The notes under the pieces: model-generated
The model's input: the letters and a program-made list of their open reading frames with translations, nothing else
Databases searched by the model: none
Told to the model about the DNA's origin: nothing
DNA from: Kofleriaceae bacterium
Lineage (GTDB): Bacteria; Myxococcota_A; Polyangia; Haliangiales; Haliangiaceae
Assembly: GCA_044230415.1 (NCBI GenBank)
Contig: JBGARE010000001.1
Location: forward strand, 561,195-598,757
Direction: 5' to 3'
DNA length: 37,563 nucleotides
In this document: piece after piece, positions 25,203 to 33,159 of the stretch
How positions within the stretch are numbered: position 1 is the stretch's first letter
Layout of the letters: every line of letters begins with the position of its first letter
Made by a program: the position numbers and the translations under genes

Positions 25203-26732
25203 TCACTTTGCCTCCGCGATGATCGCGAGTAGGTCGGCGACGACGGTCTTCGAACGATACGCGACCACGCGGCGATCGCTCGTGCCCACGCTGTCGAGGC
25301 TCGCGTCGCGAGTCTCGTCGACGACCAGCACCACCCGATCGATTCCGGCGGCGCGATACCGCGCCAGCTTGGCCGTCAGGTACTCGGCGGTCGCGAAGCC
25401 GACGACCTCCACGAACCAACATCGGGAACGATCAGGCTCGTTCCTCGGCAGCGCTCCGGCGATCACGCGAGGCGCGATCCGATCTGCCTCGGCGGTCATC
25501 TGCGATGCGAGCAGTGCGGCGAGGTCGGGGATCAGATCGCGATCGTCTTCCAGGTCCTCCTCGCGGTTCGCTCCGCTAGCATTGCGGTTCGCTTCGCTAG
25601 CATTGCGGTTCGCTCCGCTGGCGTTGCGGTTCGCTCCGCTGGCGTCGCGGTTCGCTCCGCTGGCGTCGCGGTTCGGCTCGGTCCCGGAGACCGACGTCGG
25701 ACCGACGAGCTCGAGCGCGAGATCGGGAAACAGCCGATCGCTTGCGTGCGCGATCGGCGGTGGATCGAGCTCGACGAGCACATCGCGCACGCTGCCCATC
25801 GCGCTCGCGATCTTCGCCGCGATGCTGGGCCTCCCTCGTTCGTTCGTCGGCGCGGGTGGCAACAGAGCCGGCGATGTCACGCGGAGCGCGGCCATGCCGT
25901 AGCCGAAGTCCGCGTCGATCTCGACGACAAATCGGTCCAGTCCGGACAACAACGGCACGACCGCACCGAGCGACCGGCCATAGACGCTCGTCTGGTGGAA
26001 CAACGAGAGCGGCCCGACGATGTCGATGATGGTGTGGTCGCGTGTGGCGAGGGCATCGCGCGTGGTGAGGGCATCGCATGTGGCGAGTGCATCGCGTGCG
26101 GCGAATGCATCGCGCGTCCGCGCGGCCGAGACGCGCACGAGGAGCCCGTAGCGTGCAGCGGTGCGGATCAGCGGGTGCGCGTTGCCCCAGGCGTGGATGC
26201 GCACGTGCTTCGCGCGACGAAGTGCCCGCTGGATTCGATCCACGTTCGCGTACGCGGCGAGCCGGTGCTCCTCGGGCCGGCCACTCGGCAGCGTGACCGG
26301 GCGCTCGTCCGCGAGATCGATCCACAGCAGGCTCTCGATCTCGGAGGGCTCGATGCCGAGCTCGTCGCCCGCCTTCGCGAGGCGCTGCGTGCGCGAATCG
26401 TCGTCGAGCGCCGGTTGGCCGAGGACCGCAGCGCGCACCTTGCGCGCGACCTTCGTGCGCTGCGCGCGGCCGTCCATCATGCGGCGCATCGCGACGAGGA
26501 TCGCGGCCACGCGGACTCCGCGGATCGGCGAGTGATCGAGGCGCTCGCGCAACACGCGCCAGGGTTGGCCCACGCAGCTCATGACGTGGTCGAGCACGAT
26601 GGCGATCCACGGCAGATCGGTCGCGTCGTAGAGGCGGACATCGGTGGCCGCGGCCGCTTCGAGGAGCTCGAGCTCGTCGGTGTCATCGTCGTCATGGTGG
26701 CTCGCATCGGCGCGTACATCACGCGCGATCAC
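25203..26732 (-). CDS. DUF790-family (Bax1-like) putative endonuclease, partner of the XPB-like helicase; carries two internal tandem-repeat expansions
   Basis: Its size (~509 aa) and its position immediately downstream of an XPB-type helicase with an ATGA start/stop overlap, plus the C-terminal region CWFVEVVGFATAEYLTAKLARYRAAGIDRVVLVVDE, are consistent with the DUF790/Bax1 nuclease family. The family assignment is from my recollection of the family, not from a search. Confidence 0.65.
   Translation of the reverse strand: MIARDVRADASHHDDDDTDELELLEAAAATDVRLYDATDLPWIAIVLDHVMSCVGQPWRVLRERLDHSPIRGVRVAAILVAMRRMMDGRAQRTKVARKVRAAVLGQPALDDDSRTQRLAKAGDELGIEPSEIESLLWIDLADERPVTLPSGRPEEHRLAAYANVDRIQRALRRAKHVRIHAWGNAHPLIRTAARYGLLVRVSAARTRDAFAARDALATCDALTTRDALATRDHTIIDIVGPLSLFHQTSVYGRSLGAVVPLLSGLDRFVVEIDADFGYGMAALRVTSPALLPPAPTNERGRPSIAAKIASAMGSVRDVLVELDPPPIAHASDRLFPDLALELVGPTSVSGTEPNRDASGANRDASGANRNASGANRNASEANRNASGANREEDLEDDRDLIPDLAALLASQMTAEADRIAPRVIAGALPRNEPDRSRCWFVEVVGFATAEYLTAKLARYRAAGIDRVVLVVDETRDASLDSVGTSDRRVVAYRSKTVVADLLAIIAEAK
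25562..25676. repeat. 21-bp in-frame tandem repeat x5 (unit ~cgctccgctggcgttgcggtt) encoding (ASGANRN)n inside the DUF790 gene
   Basis: Read directly from the sequence, lines 25561-25680. Confidence 0.85.
26036..26117. repeat. 15-bp in-frame tandem repeat x5 (ggcgagggcatcgcg variants) encoding (RDALA/TCDALT)n inside the DUF790 gene
   Basis: Read directly: gcgtgtggcgagggcatcgcgcgtggtgagggcatcgcatgtggcgagtgcatcgcgtgcggcgaatgcatcgcg. Confidence 0.8.
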
Positions 26733-28159
26733 GGCGCACCTCCGATTACCGCGTCGGTCATCGCAGCGCGGCGGCGCGTGACGTAGCCGACCTCGGTGGA
26801 GTCTTCGACGGCGAGCTCGTAGACGCGCGCGCGTTTGCCATCGCGCGGACGCAGCACGCGACCGATGCGCTGCACGTGACGCCGCGCGGAGGCGGTTCCG
26901 CCCACGACGATGGCCACGTCGGCGTCGGGGACATCGATGCCCTCGTCGAGGACTTGCGAGGACACGAGGACGGGCACGTCACCGGCGCGGAAGCGCGCGA
27001 GGGCGTCCGCGCGCTCGGCCTTTCCGATCTCGTGCGTGATCGGCTGGACGAGGAGCTCGCGCGCGATCGCGTACGCGGTGGCATTGTCGCCCGTGAAGAT
27101 CAGCGTGCGTTGGTTCGGGTGCAGGGCCAGCAGCTGGCGGAGAGCGGCGCGCTTGCCGCGCGGGTACGACAGGATCGAGCGATAGGTGCGCCAGGAGGCG
27201 AGGGCGTCGCGGCCCGCGCGGGATTGACGCGCATCGCGAACGAACTCGTGCCACGGGGCACCGCGCGACGTACGCATGTACGGCGCGTAGACCGAAGTGA
27301 AGCGCGCGCGATGCTCGCGATACAGAGCGCGCTCGTCACAGGAGAGTCGGATCGGGACCGTGACGAGCTGGTACTCGGAGAGCGCGTCGCCGGCGAGGTC
27401 GTCGATGGACAAGCTGTAGACCACGGGGCCGACGAACCGAGCGAGGCGCTCTTTGGTGGCGGGCTCGGTGGGTGGTGTCGCGGTGAGGCCCAGGCGGTAC
27501 GGCGCGACGAGCATCTCGAGGACTTCGGTCGGGCACATCGAGCCGAGGTGGTGGGCTTCGTCGACGATGACGAGACCGAAGCGATCGCCGATGCGTTGTG
27601 CCCACGAGATGGCGGAGGCAAACGTGGACACGGTGATCGGCGCGACCTGGTGTTCGCCGTCGCCGAGGCGGCCGATCGGGTACGACCACGCGGCGGCGAG
27701 GGTGCGCGCCCATTGATCGAGGAGGACGCGCGTGGGCACGAGCACGAGCGTGGACACCGCGAGTTGCGAGATCGCGGAGATGGCGGCGAGCGTCTTGCCC
27801 GAGCCCGTGGGAAGTGCGAGCACGCCGCGCCGACGGGCGGCTTCCCACTTCGCGAGCGCTTCGTTCTGGTACCAGCGAAGCGCTGGGAAGGACCAGGTGC
27901 CGGACAGCGGCGAGATGCGAGTCTCGTCCGATATTCGGACGGGCTTGTCCGCCAGTCGGACAATCAGCGACGCATAGTGATGCGCTGGAAGGCGCCACGC
28001 GAGCTGGTCCTGATCGCGAGTAGCTCCTGGAATCTGCGCGGGATCTTCGTCTGCAGACTCTGCTTCCAACACCAACGTTCCACGATCGAATCGAATACGC
28101 ATGCGAACGTGCGAAGCAACGGGCGTACCGAATCCGCGAGCGGGATCGCTTCGCAGCAC
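26729..28159 (-). CDS. Superfamily-2 DNA helicase of the XPB/ERCC3/Rad25-like type (ResIII-like N-terminal lobe)
   Basis: LRWYQNEAL (Q-motif region), motif I LPTGSGKT, motif II VIVDEAHHL, motif III LGLTATP, motif VI QRIGRVLR. N-terminal ~100-aa extra domain. The true start may be the internal Met at 28102 (MRIRFDRG...). Confidence 0.85.
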   Translation of the reverse strand: MLRSDPARGFGTPVASHVRMRIRFDRGTLVLEAESADEDPAQIPGATRDQDQLAWRLPAHHYASLIVRLADKPVRISDETRISPLSGTWSFPALRWYQNEALAKWEAARRRGVLALPTGSGKTLAAISAISQLAVSTLVLVPTRVLLDQWARTLAAAWSYPIGRLGDGEHQVAPITVSTFASAISWAQRIGDRFGLVIVDEAHHLGSMCPTEVLEMLVAPYRLGLTATPPTEPATKERLARFVGPVVYSLSIDDLAGDALSEYQLVTVPIRLSCDERALYREHRARFTSVYAPYMRTSRGAPWHEFVRDARQSRAGRDALASWRTYRSILSYPRGKRAALRQLLALHPNQRTLIFTGDNATAYAIARELLVQPITHEIGKAERADALARFRAGDVPVLVSSQVLDEGIDVPDADVAIVVGGTASARRHVQRIGRVLRPRDGKRARVYELAVEDSTEVGYVTRRRAAMTDAVIGGAP

Positions 28160-28188
28160 GAGCCGGAGGATTTGCGTACGATGACGCG

Positions 28189-29211
28189 ATGACCGCGAAT
28201 CCGATCGGCATCGTTCGTTGGACGTTGGCGGCGTTCCACGCGAACCCCGACGTCGGTGATGGCGAGCTCGTCCAGATCCTCGAGGACGCGGGGCTCCCGC
28301 ATGCAGCGCGCGCCGTGATGATGCTGCCGCTCGCGTACGGTCGCCGCATCCTCGACGGGCTCGTCACGGTGAAGCCCACGTACTTCGATGGCGATCGCGA
28401 GCTCGTGCTCGCCGACGATCCGATCTTCGCCGCGGCGGAGCGACTCGCGCGCACCGAAGCGAGCCGCGCGGATCTCGATCGCATCGGGCTGCGCAGCTCC
28501 GAGGTCGATGCGGTGAACCAAGCGCTGCATCGCGGATCGAAGCCGGAGGACCTCGAGCTCTCGTCGCCGGTGATGTCGATCGTCGAGCGCGAGGTGCCCG
28601 AGCATCCCGAAGCGCAGCAGGTGCTCGACGAGCTCGTTCGCGCGCACAACTCGACGCTGTCGCTCCACGCGCGCATGTTTCCCGGGCGCATCACGAAGGG
28701 CCGCGTGCAGCTCCAGCTCGATGTCGTCGCCGACGTCGGCGGGCGCGAGCTGATCGAATCGTTCGGCGGGTTCGGCGCGACGATCCACGCCGCCATCGGC
28801 GACACGATGACGAAGTTCACGGGCGGCACGCTGCACGTGCTGCTCGCGACGCTGGATCGCAAGGAGCTCGGCGCCGAGCAGGTCGAATGGGAAGCGTGGG
28901 GCGACTTCGATGCCTGCCTCGGCAACGTGCTCCGCATGTGGAGCCAAGGTGGGCCGCCGCACCTGGCCGAGTACATCGAGGCGCTCAAGCGCGAGCTCCT
29001 CGCAGCGAACCTGTCGCCCGAGGTCCATTGGGTGCGCACGTACCTCGCGACCGACGGCAAAGAGCAGCTCGGGCTCGACATGCTCGTCGACAACGACACC
29101 TGGTCGCCCGGCGAGAAGCTCGCGCGCGAGTGGCCGTGGCCGGTCGCCGACGCGTTCTACGCGCTCCGTCACTTCTTCATGTTGGTTCCATCGAAGCGCG
29201 AGACGAACTGA
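28189..29211 (+). CDS. Hypothetical protein (340 aa), divergently transcribed from the helicase/nuclease pair
   Basis: Long ORF with coding-like composition. No motif I can recognize. Confidence 0.5.
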   Translation: MTANPIGIVRWTLAAFHANPDVGDGELVQILEDAGLPHAARAVMMLPLAYGRRILDGLVTVKPTYFDGDRELVLADDPIFAAAERLARTEASRADLDRIGLRSSEVDAVNQALHRGSKPEDLELSSPVMSIVEREVPEHPEAQQVLDELVRAHNSTLSLHARMFPGRITKGRVQLQLDVVADVGGRELIESFGGFGATIHAAIGDTMTKFTGGTLHVLLATLDRKELGAEQVEWEAWGDFDACLGNVLRMWSQGGPPHLAEYIEALKRELLAANLSPEVHWVRTYLATDGKEQLGLDMLVDNDTWSPGEKLAREWPWPVADAFYALRHFFMLVPSKRETN

Positions 29212-29277
29212 ACCGCGTGATGTCGGGCTGATGTCGGGGATTCCCGACGGGGTGCGTACAACCAGCACACCGTCCTT

Positions 29278-29282
29278 GGAGG
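29278..29282 (+). promoter_or_regulatory. Shine-Dalgarno GGAGG, 5 nt upstream of the ATG at 29288
   Basis: Read directly: ccttGGAGGaatcgATG. Confidence 0.6.
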
Positions 29283-29287
29283 AATCG

Positions 29288-29863
29288 ATGTCACGCATTC
29301 GCTTGGTTGGCTTTGTTCTCGTCGTCGCTGCTGCTGCCTGTGCCACCGACGGGCAGGGAGACGACGACGGCATGGGTTCGGGCAGCGGTTCCGGATCCGG
29401 ATCTGGCTCGGGCAGTGGCTCTGGTTCGGGCAGTGGCTCGGGCAGTGGCTCTGGCAGCGGCAACTACGTGCCGGTCGAGGGCGTGTGGCACTACGTCGAC
29501 TTCACCGCCGTCTCGAACAACTGCCCGAGCCTCGTCGACACCGGGCAGCTCGCCGGCAACTTCGGCATCACGAACGCGGGACCGACGGGGTTCCACGTGG
29601 TCCCGAACGACAGCACCGGCGAGTTCGATTGCTCGCTCGCCAGCTCGGTGTTCGACTGCCCGAACCGCGCCACGATCGACTACGACATCGGCACGAGCGC
29701 TTCGATCGCGGGCACCGCCACAGCGCACGGGACGTTCTCGTCGACGACACGCGCCACCGGCACGCAGAACGCGCACGTGACGTGCACGGGCGTCGGTTGC
29801 GCGGCGATCGGTTTCGGCGCGGCGTGCGACTTCAGCGTCAACTTCACGATCCTGGCGCAGTGA
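29288..29863 (+). CDS. Small lipoprotein with a (GS)14 flexible linker and a C-terminal 8-Cys domain
   Basis: Signal peptide with lipobox (LVVAAAAC). GMGSGSGS...GSGN linker. Cys-containing C-terminal domain. Preceded by a strong SD. Confidence 0.6.
   Translation: MSRIRLVGFVLVVAAAACATDGQGDDDGMGSGSGSGSGSGSGSGSGSGSGSGSGSGSGNYVPVEGVWHYVDFTAVSNNCPSLVDTGQLAGNFGITNAGPTGFHVVPNDSTGEFDCSLASSVFDCPNRATIDYDIGTSASIAGTATAHGTFSSTTRATGTQNAHVTCTGVGCAAIGFGAACDFSVNFTILAQ
29374..29462. repeat. Gly-Ser dipeptide-coding microsatellite (ggY-tcN/agY)n, ~14 units
   Basis: Read directly from the sequence. Confidence 0.85.
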
Positions 29864-29864
29864 G

Positions 29865-29891
29865 GGCGCGCATCGGCATCATCTGCGCGCC
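29865..29891. terminator. GC-rich hairpin (8-bp stem ggcgcgca/tgcgcgcc, 11-nt loop) 2 nt after the lipoprotein stop, between convergent genes. Candidate bidirectional intrinsic terminator.
   Basis: Read directly. No U-tract follows, which is common in high-GC genomes. Confidence 0.4.
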
Positions 29892-29938
29892 GATCGCACC
29901 CGCAGCGCCCGAGCCCCTGCGATGGCCGAACGTCGGGG

Positions 29939-31561
29939 TCAGAGAAGAACGCCGCCGGTAGGCACACCGGCATCGGGCGCCGGCGGCGCGGGCTCGGCCG
30001 CGCTGCCTTCCTTCGGCGGCTCGACGGGCAACGCCACGCCGAGCGGCGCTGTCGACGTCGGCGTCTCCGACGGTGGCATCGGCGGGAACGCGACGGCGCC
30101 CTTCTCGCCACCCGGTCCTGCGCGCAGCTCGTCGGCGAGCCGGCGCGCGTGCATCGCCCACCCTTCGGCATCCGTGTTCGTGCGCGGCTTCTGCAGCGCC
30201 GCGGTGTCGAACTGCTTCGCGGCATCGGTCAGCGCGTCGGCGGCGGCGCGCAACCGAGCGGACGCGCGCCAGTAGGTGACGTCGCCGAGCAGCCGCTCGA
30301 GATCCTCGCGCTTCGTGATCCGATCGTTGTCCGAGGCGAGCCAGCGCGCGACGAGCAGCGCTTGCTTGAGCGCGGCTTCGGCTTCGTCGACCTTCGCGAC
30401 CGGATCCTCGGGGCCCGAGGCCGACGTCGGCGTCGACGTTCCGCCGCGTCCACCGACGAGCTTGGTCGCGCGCTCTTCGAGCATCTTCTCGAACCGCGCG
30501 GCGAGCTCGGCTTTGCTGTTCGTCTCGAACGGCGCGCACGGCGCCTCCGCCGGGATCTTCAGCGGCTTCCACTCCGCGCCGTCGAGGGAGCTCTCGCCCC
30601 ACGGCGGGAACGAGCGTCCCTGCAAGAGCACCACGCGATCCGCTTCGCACGCGATCAGGAAGCGCTCGCTGTTCGAGCGACCGACGAGCACCATCGTGGT
30701 GATCGTTCCGCCGAGCACCACCGCGAGCGCGGCGGCGAGCATCCACAGCTTGCTGCGCGGTCGCTCGCCATCGTCGCCGTCGTCGGTGGTCGCGCGCTTC
30801 TTCTTCGCCTTCTTCGCGGGTTTGTCGTCGGGGATCTGGGTCACCCCGACCGCATCGCGCAGCTCGTTCTCGACGACGATGGACGCGGGCGCAGGCGCGG
30901 CGAGGGCAGGCGCCTCTGTCCACGCGGGCTCGTCGGGCGGCGCTTGGTAGGCAGGCTCCGGCGCGTCGTAGGCCGGCTCGGGTTCGTACGCGGACGCGTC
31001 GAACGGGACGATGGGTGCCTCGTGCTCGCCGGTGACCCGAGGCGTGAACGCGGAGGGAGGCAGCGGCGCGGCGGGCTCCGGCTGTATCGATGGCGCGGCA
31101 ACGGACGTCGGCGTGGGTGTCGATACGGTCGCCCTCGCGCTCGTCGGTGGGGTCGGCGTCGGGACAGCGGACGCGGGCGTCGATGCCGTGGGCTTCGATG
31201 CGGGCGTCGGCGCAGTCGTCGATGCGGTGACTGCGGGTGTCGGCGCGGTCGTCGATGCGGTCGGCGTGGATGTCGATACGGTCGCCGGCGCAGTCGTCGA
31301 TGCGGTCGTCGGCGCAGTCGTCGATGCGGTGGCTGCGGGTGTCGGCGCAGTCGTCGATGCGGTCATCGGCGCAGTCGTCGATGCGGTGGCTGCGGGTGTC
31401 GGCGCAGTCGTCGATGCGGTCGGCGTCGGGACCGGCGTCGATGCGGTCGGCGTGCTCGTCGATGAGGACTCGCGCGAGGTCTTTCCCGTCAGGGTCTCGG
31501 CCAGCGGCAGCGGCGCGAACGGATCGCGCCGCGGTGGCTTCTTGTCATCGTCTCGCGTCAC
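29939..31561 (-). CDS. Single-pass membrane protein with an N-terminal Thr/Ala/Ser/Pro-rich tandem-repeat region
   Basis: (TASTTAPTPAA)-like units in ~10 copies, a Lys-rich patch (KPAKKAKKKR), TM helix LWMLAAALAVVLGGTITTMVLVG, and a C-terminal domain of ~250 aa without known motifs. Its start overlaps the diguanylate cyclase stop by 4 nt. Confidence 0.55.
   Translation of the reverse strand: MTRDDDKKPPRRDPFAPLPLAETLTGKTSRESSSTSTPTASTPVPTPTASTTAPTPAATASTTAPMTASTTAPTPAATASTTAPTTASTTAPATVSTSTPTASTTAPTPAVTASTTAPTPASKPTASTPASAVPTPTPPTSARATVSTPTPTSVAAPSIQPEPAAPLPPSAFTPRVTGEHEAPIVPFDASAYEPEPAYDAPEPAYQAPPDEPAWTEAPALAAPAPASIVVENELRDAVGVTQIPDDKPAKKAKKKRATTDDGDDGERPRSKLWMLAAALAVVLGGTITTMVLVGRSNSERFLIACEADRVVLLQGRSFPPWGESSLDGAEWKPLKIPAEAPCAPFETNSKAELAARFEKMLEERATKLVGGRGGTSTPTSASGPEDPVAKVDEAEAALKQALLVARWLASDNDRITKREDLERLLGDVTYWRASARLRAAADALTDAAKQFDTAALQKPRTNTDAEGWAMHARRLADELRAGPGGEKGAVAFPPMPPSETPTSTAPLGVALPVEPPKEGSAAEPAPPAPDAGVPTGGVLL
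31110..31470. repeat. ~33-bp in-frame tandem repeats (gtcgtcgatgcggtggctgcgggtgtcggcgca variants) encoding the T/A/P-rich region
   Basis: Read directly from the sequence, lines 31141-31440. Confidence 0.8.
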
Positions 31562-32562
31562 GGGGCGACCTCGACCCGATTACGCCCCCGATCCTTCGCG
31601 CCGTACAGCGCCGTGTCCGCCCGATCGATCAGATCCGCCATCGGCTCGTCGATTCGCCACTGCGCGATGCCGACGGAGATCCGCAGCAAGAGCGCGAGCC
31701 CGTCGCCGATGTCGAACGCGCGCTCGCACACGCGCTGCCGCATGCGCTCGCCGACCTCCCACGCGCGACCGGCGTCCGCTTTGGGCAGCACGACGAGGAA
31801 CTCTTCGCCGCCGTAGCGCACGAGCAAGTCACCCGTGCGGATCGCGCTGCGCAGTCGGCGCGCCACTTCGGCGAGCACCACGTCGCCGACGCCGTGACCG
31901 TACTGATCGTTGACCGCCTTGAAGTGATCGACATCGACCATCGCGACGCTGAGCGTCCGATCGCGGTCGACCGCCGCTTCGATCTCCTGCGGTAGGCGTT
32001 GCATCAAGAACTCGCGGTTGAACGCGCCGGTCAGCGGATCCGTCACCGCGACGCGATGCAGGCGAACGTTCTCGATATCGAGCGCGATCGTGGTCGAGAT
32101 GAAGCGCACGAGCTCGAGGTGCGTGGTGTCGAACGCACACGCCTTCTCGCTCGTCGCGGTGACCACGCCAACGCGCTCGCCTCGCGCGATCAGCGGCACG
32201 CAGATCATCGACGCGATCGGCGTCTGGTTCGCGGGCAACGTGATGAACCGCGAGTCCTTCGCGACGTCATCGATCAGCGCCGGCGTCCCACGCTCCACGA
32301 CCCAGCCCGCCACGCCCTCACCGACGGCGAACGATAGCGTGTGCATGCGCTCGGTGCGCAGGCCATACGCGGCCTTCGCGAGGAGGCGCTTGCGATCGGC
32401 ATCGAGCAGCATCACCGAGCACGCTTTGGCATCGATGAGCTGGCAGATGAGCTCCGCGATGCGCGACAGAAGGATCCCCGGGTCGAGGTCGGAGCCGATC
32501 AGCTTTCCGATCTCGAACAGCGCAGCAGGGAGCTTCTCCAGCGCGTCGGTGGTGAGACCCAC
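31558..32562 (-). CDS. GAF domain-containing diguanylate cyclase (GGDEF)
   Basis: N-terminal GAF-like domain. The GGDEF domain has RYGGEEF active-site and D..FK..ND.YGH motifs. GTG start overlaps the hpt stop by 1 nt. Confidence 0.9.
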   Translation of the reverse strand: MGLTTDALEKLPAALFEIGKLIGSDLDPGILLSRIAELICQLIDAKACSVMLLDADRKRLLAKAAYGLRTERMHTLSFAVGEGVAGWVVERGTPALIDDVAKDSRFITLPANQTPIASMICVPLIARGERVGVVTATSEKACAFDTTHLELVRFISTTIALDIENVRLHRVAVTDPLTGAFNREFLMQRLPQEIEAAVDRDRTLSVAMVDVDHFKAVNDQYGHGVGDVVLAEVARRLRSAIRTGDLLVRYGGEEFLVVLPKADAGRAWEVGERMRQRVCERAFDIGDGLALLLRISVGIAQWRIDEPMADLIDRADTALYGAKDRGRNRVEVAP

Positions 32563-33128
32563 TAGGCTCCTTGGACGAATCCGATGAACGGCAGATTCCG
32601 GTATTGCTGCGCGACGTCGAGGCCGTACCCGACGACGAACTTGTTGGGAATCGTGAAGCCGAGGTAGTCGATCTTGACCTCGCGCTCGGCGCGCTCGGGC
32701 TTGTGCAGCAGCGAGGCGAGCTTGATGCTCGCGGGCCGCCGCGTCCCGAGGTTCTCCAACAGGTAGTGCACGGTGTGGCCCGTGTCCACGATGTCCTCGA
32801 CGACGATGACGTGCTTGCCCTCGATGGGCCGCGACAGGTCCTGTGTGATCTGAACGACGCCGGACGACACCGTCGCATTGCCGTACGAGCTGATGCCGAT
32901 GAAGTCCATGTAGATCGGCAGGGCCACATGACGCGCCAGGTCGGCCAGGAAGATCACGGAGCCCTTCAGCACGCCGATCAGGACCACTTCATTATCTTTG
33001 GCGAGTGGTGCGTACTCCGCCGTGATCTGCGCACCCAGCTCCGCGACACGCGCGGCGATGGCATCCGCGCTGATCAGCTCGGCAAAGGGGTCAGTCGTAC
33101 GGTTCCAGGCAGGTGGCGACGCGGCCAT
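32562..33128 (-). CDS. hpt: Hypoxanthine(-guanine) phosphoribosyltransferase
   Basis: [20 protein letters not shown]-binding motif [14 protein letters not shown], and [10 protein letters not shown] match HPRT along its whole length. Confidence 0.92.
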   Translation of the reverse strand: MAASPPAWNRTTDPFAELISADAIAARVAELGAQITAEYAPLAKDNEVVLIGVLKGSVIFLADLARHVALPIYMDFIGISSYGNATVSSGVVQITQDLSRPIEGKHVIVVEDIVDTGHTVHYLLENLGTRRPASIKLASLLHKPERAEREVKIDYLGFTIPNKFVVGYGLDVAQQYRNLPFIGFVQGA

Positions 33129-33159
33129 GACTCCACTCTATCAGGTACAATGATCGTGA

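Noticed and set aside
23822-28159. Zorya-like defence system (MotA/MotB-like channel plus helicase/nuclease)
   Set aside because: ExbB (244 aa) and ExbD (167 aa) are ordinary size and lack the long ZorA tail or a ZorB peptidoglycan-binding domain. They are convergent to the helicase/nuclease pair rather than co-operonic. The helicase is XPB-like, not Snf2-like.
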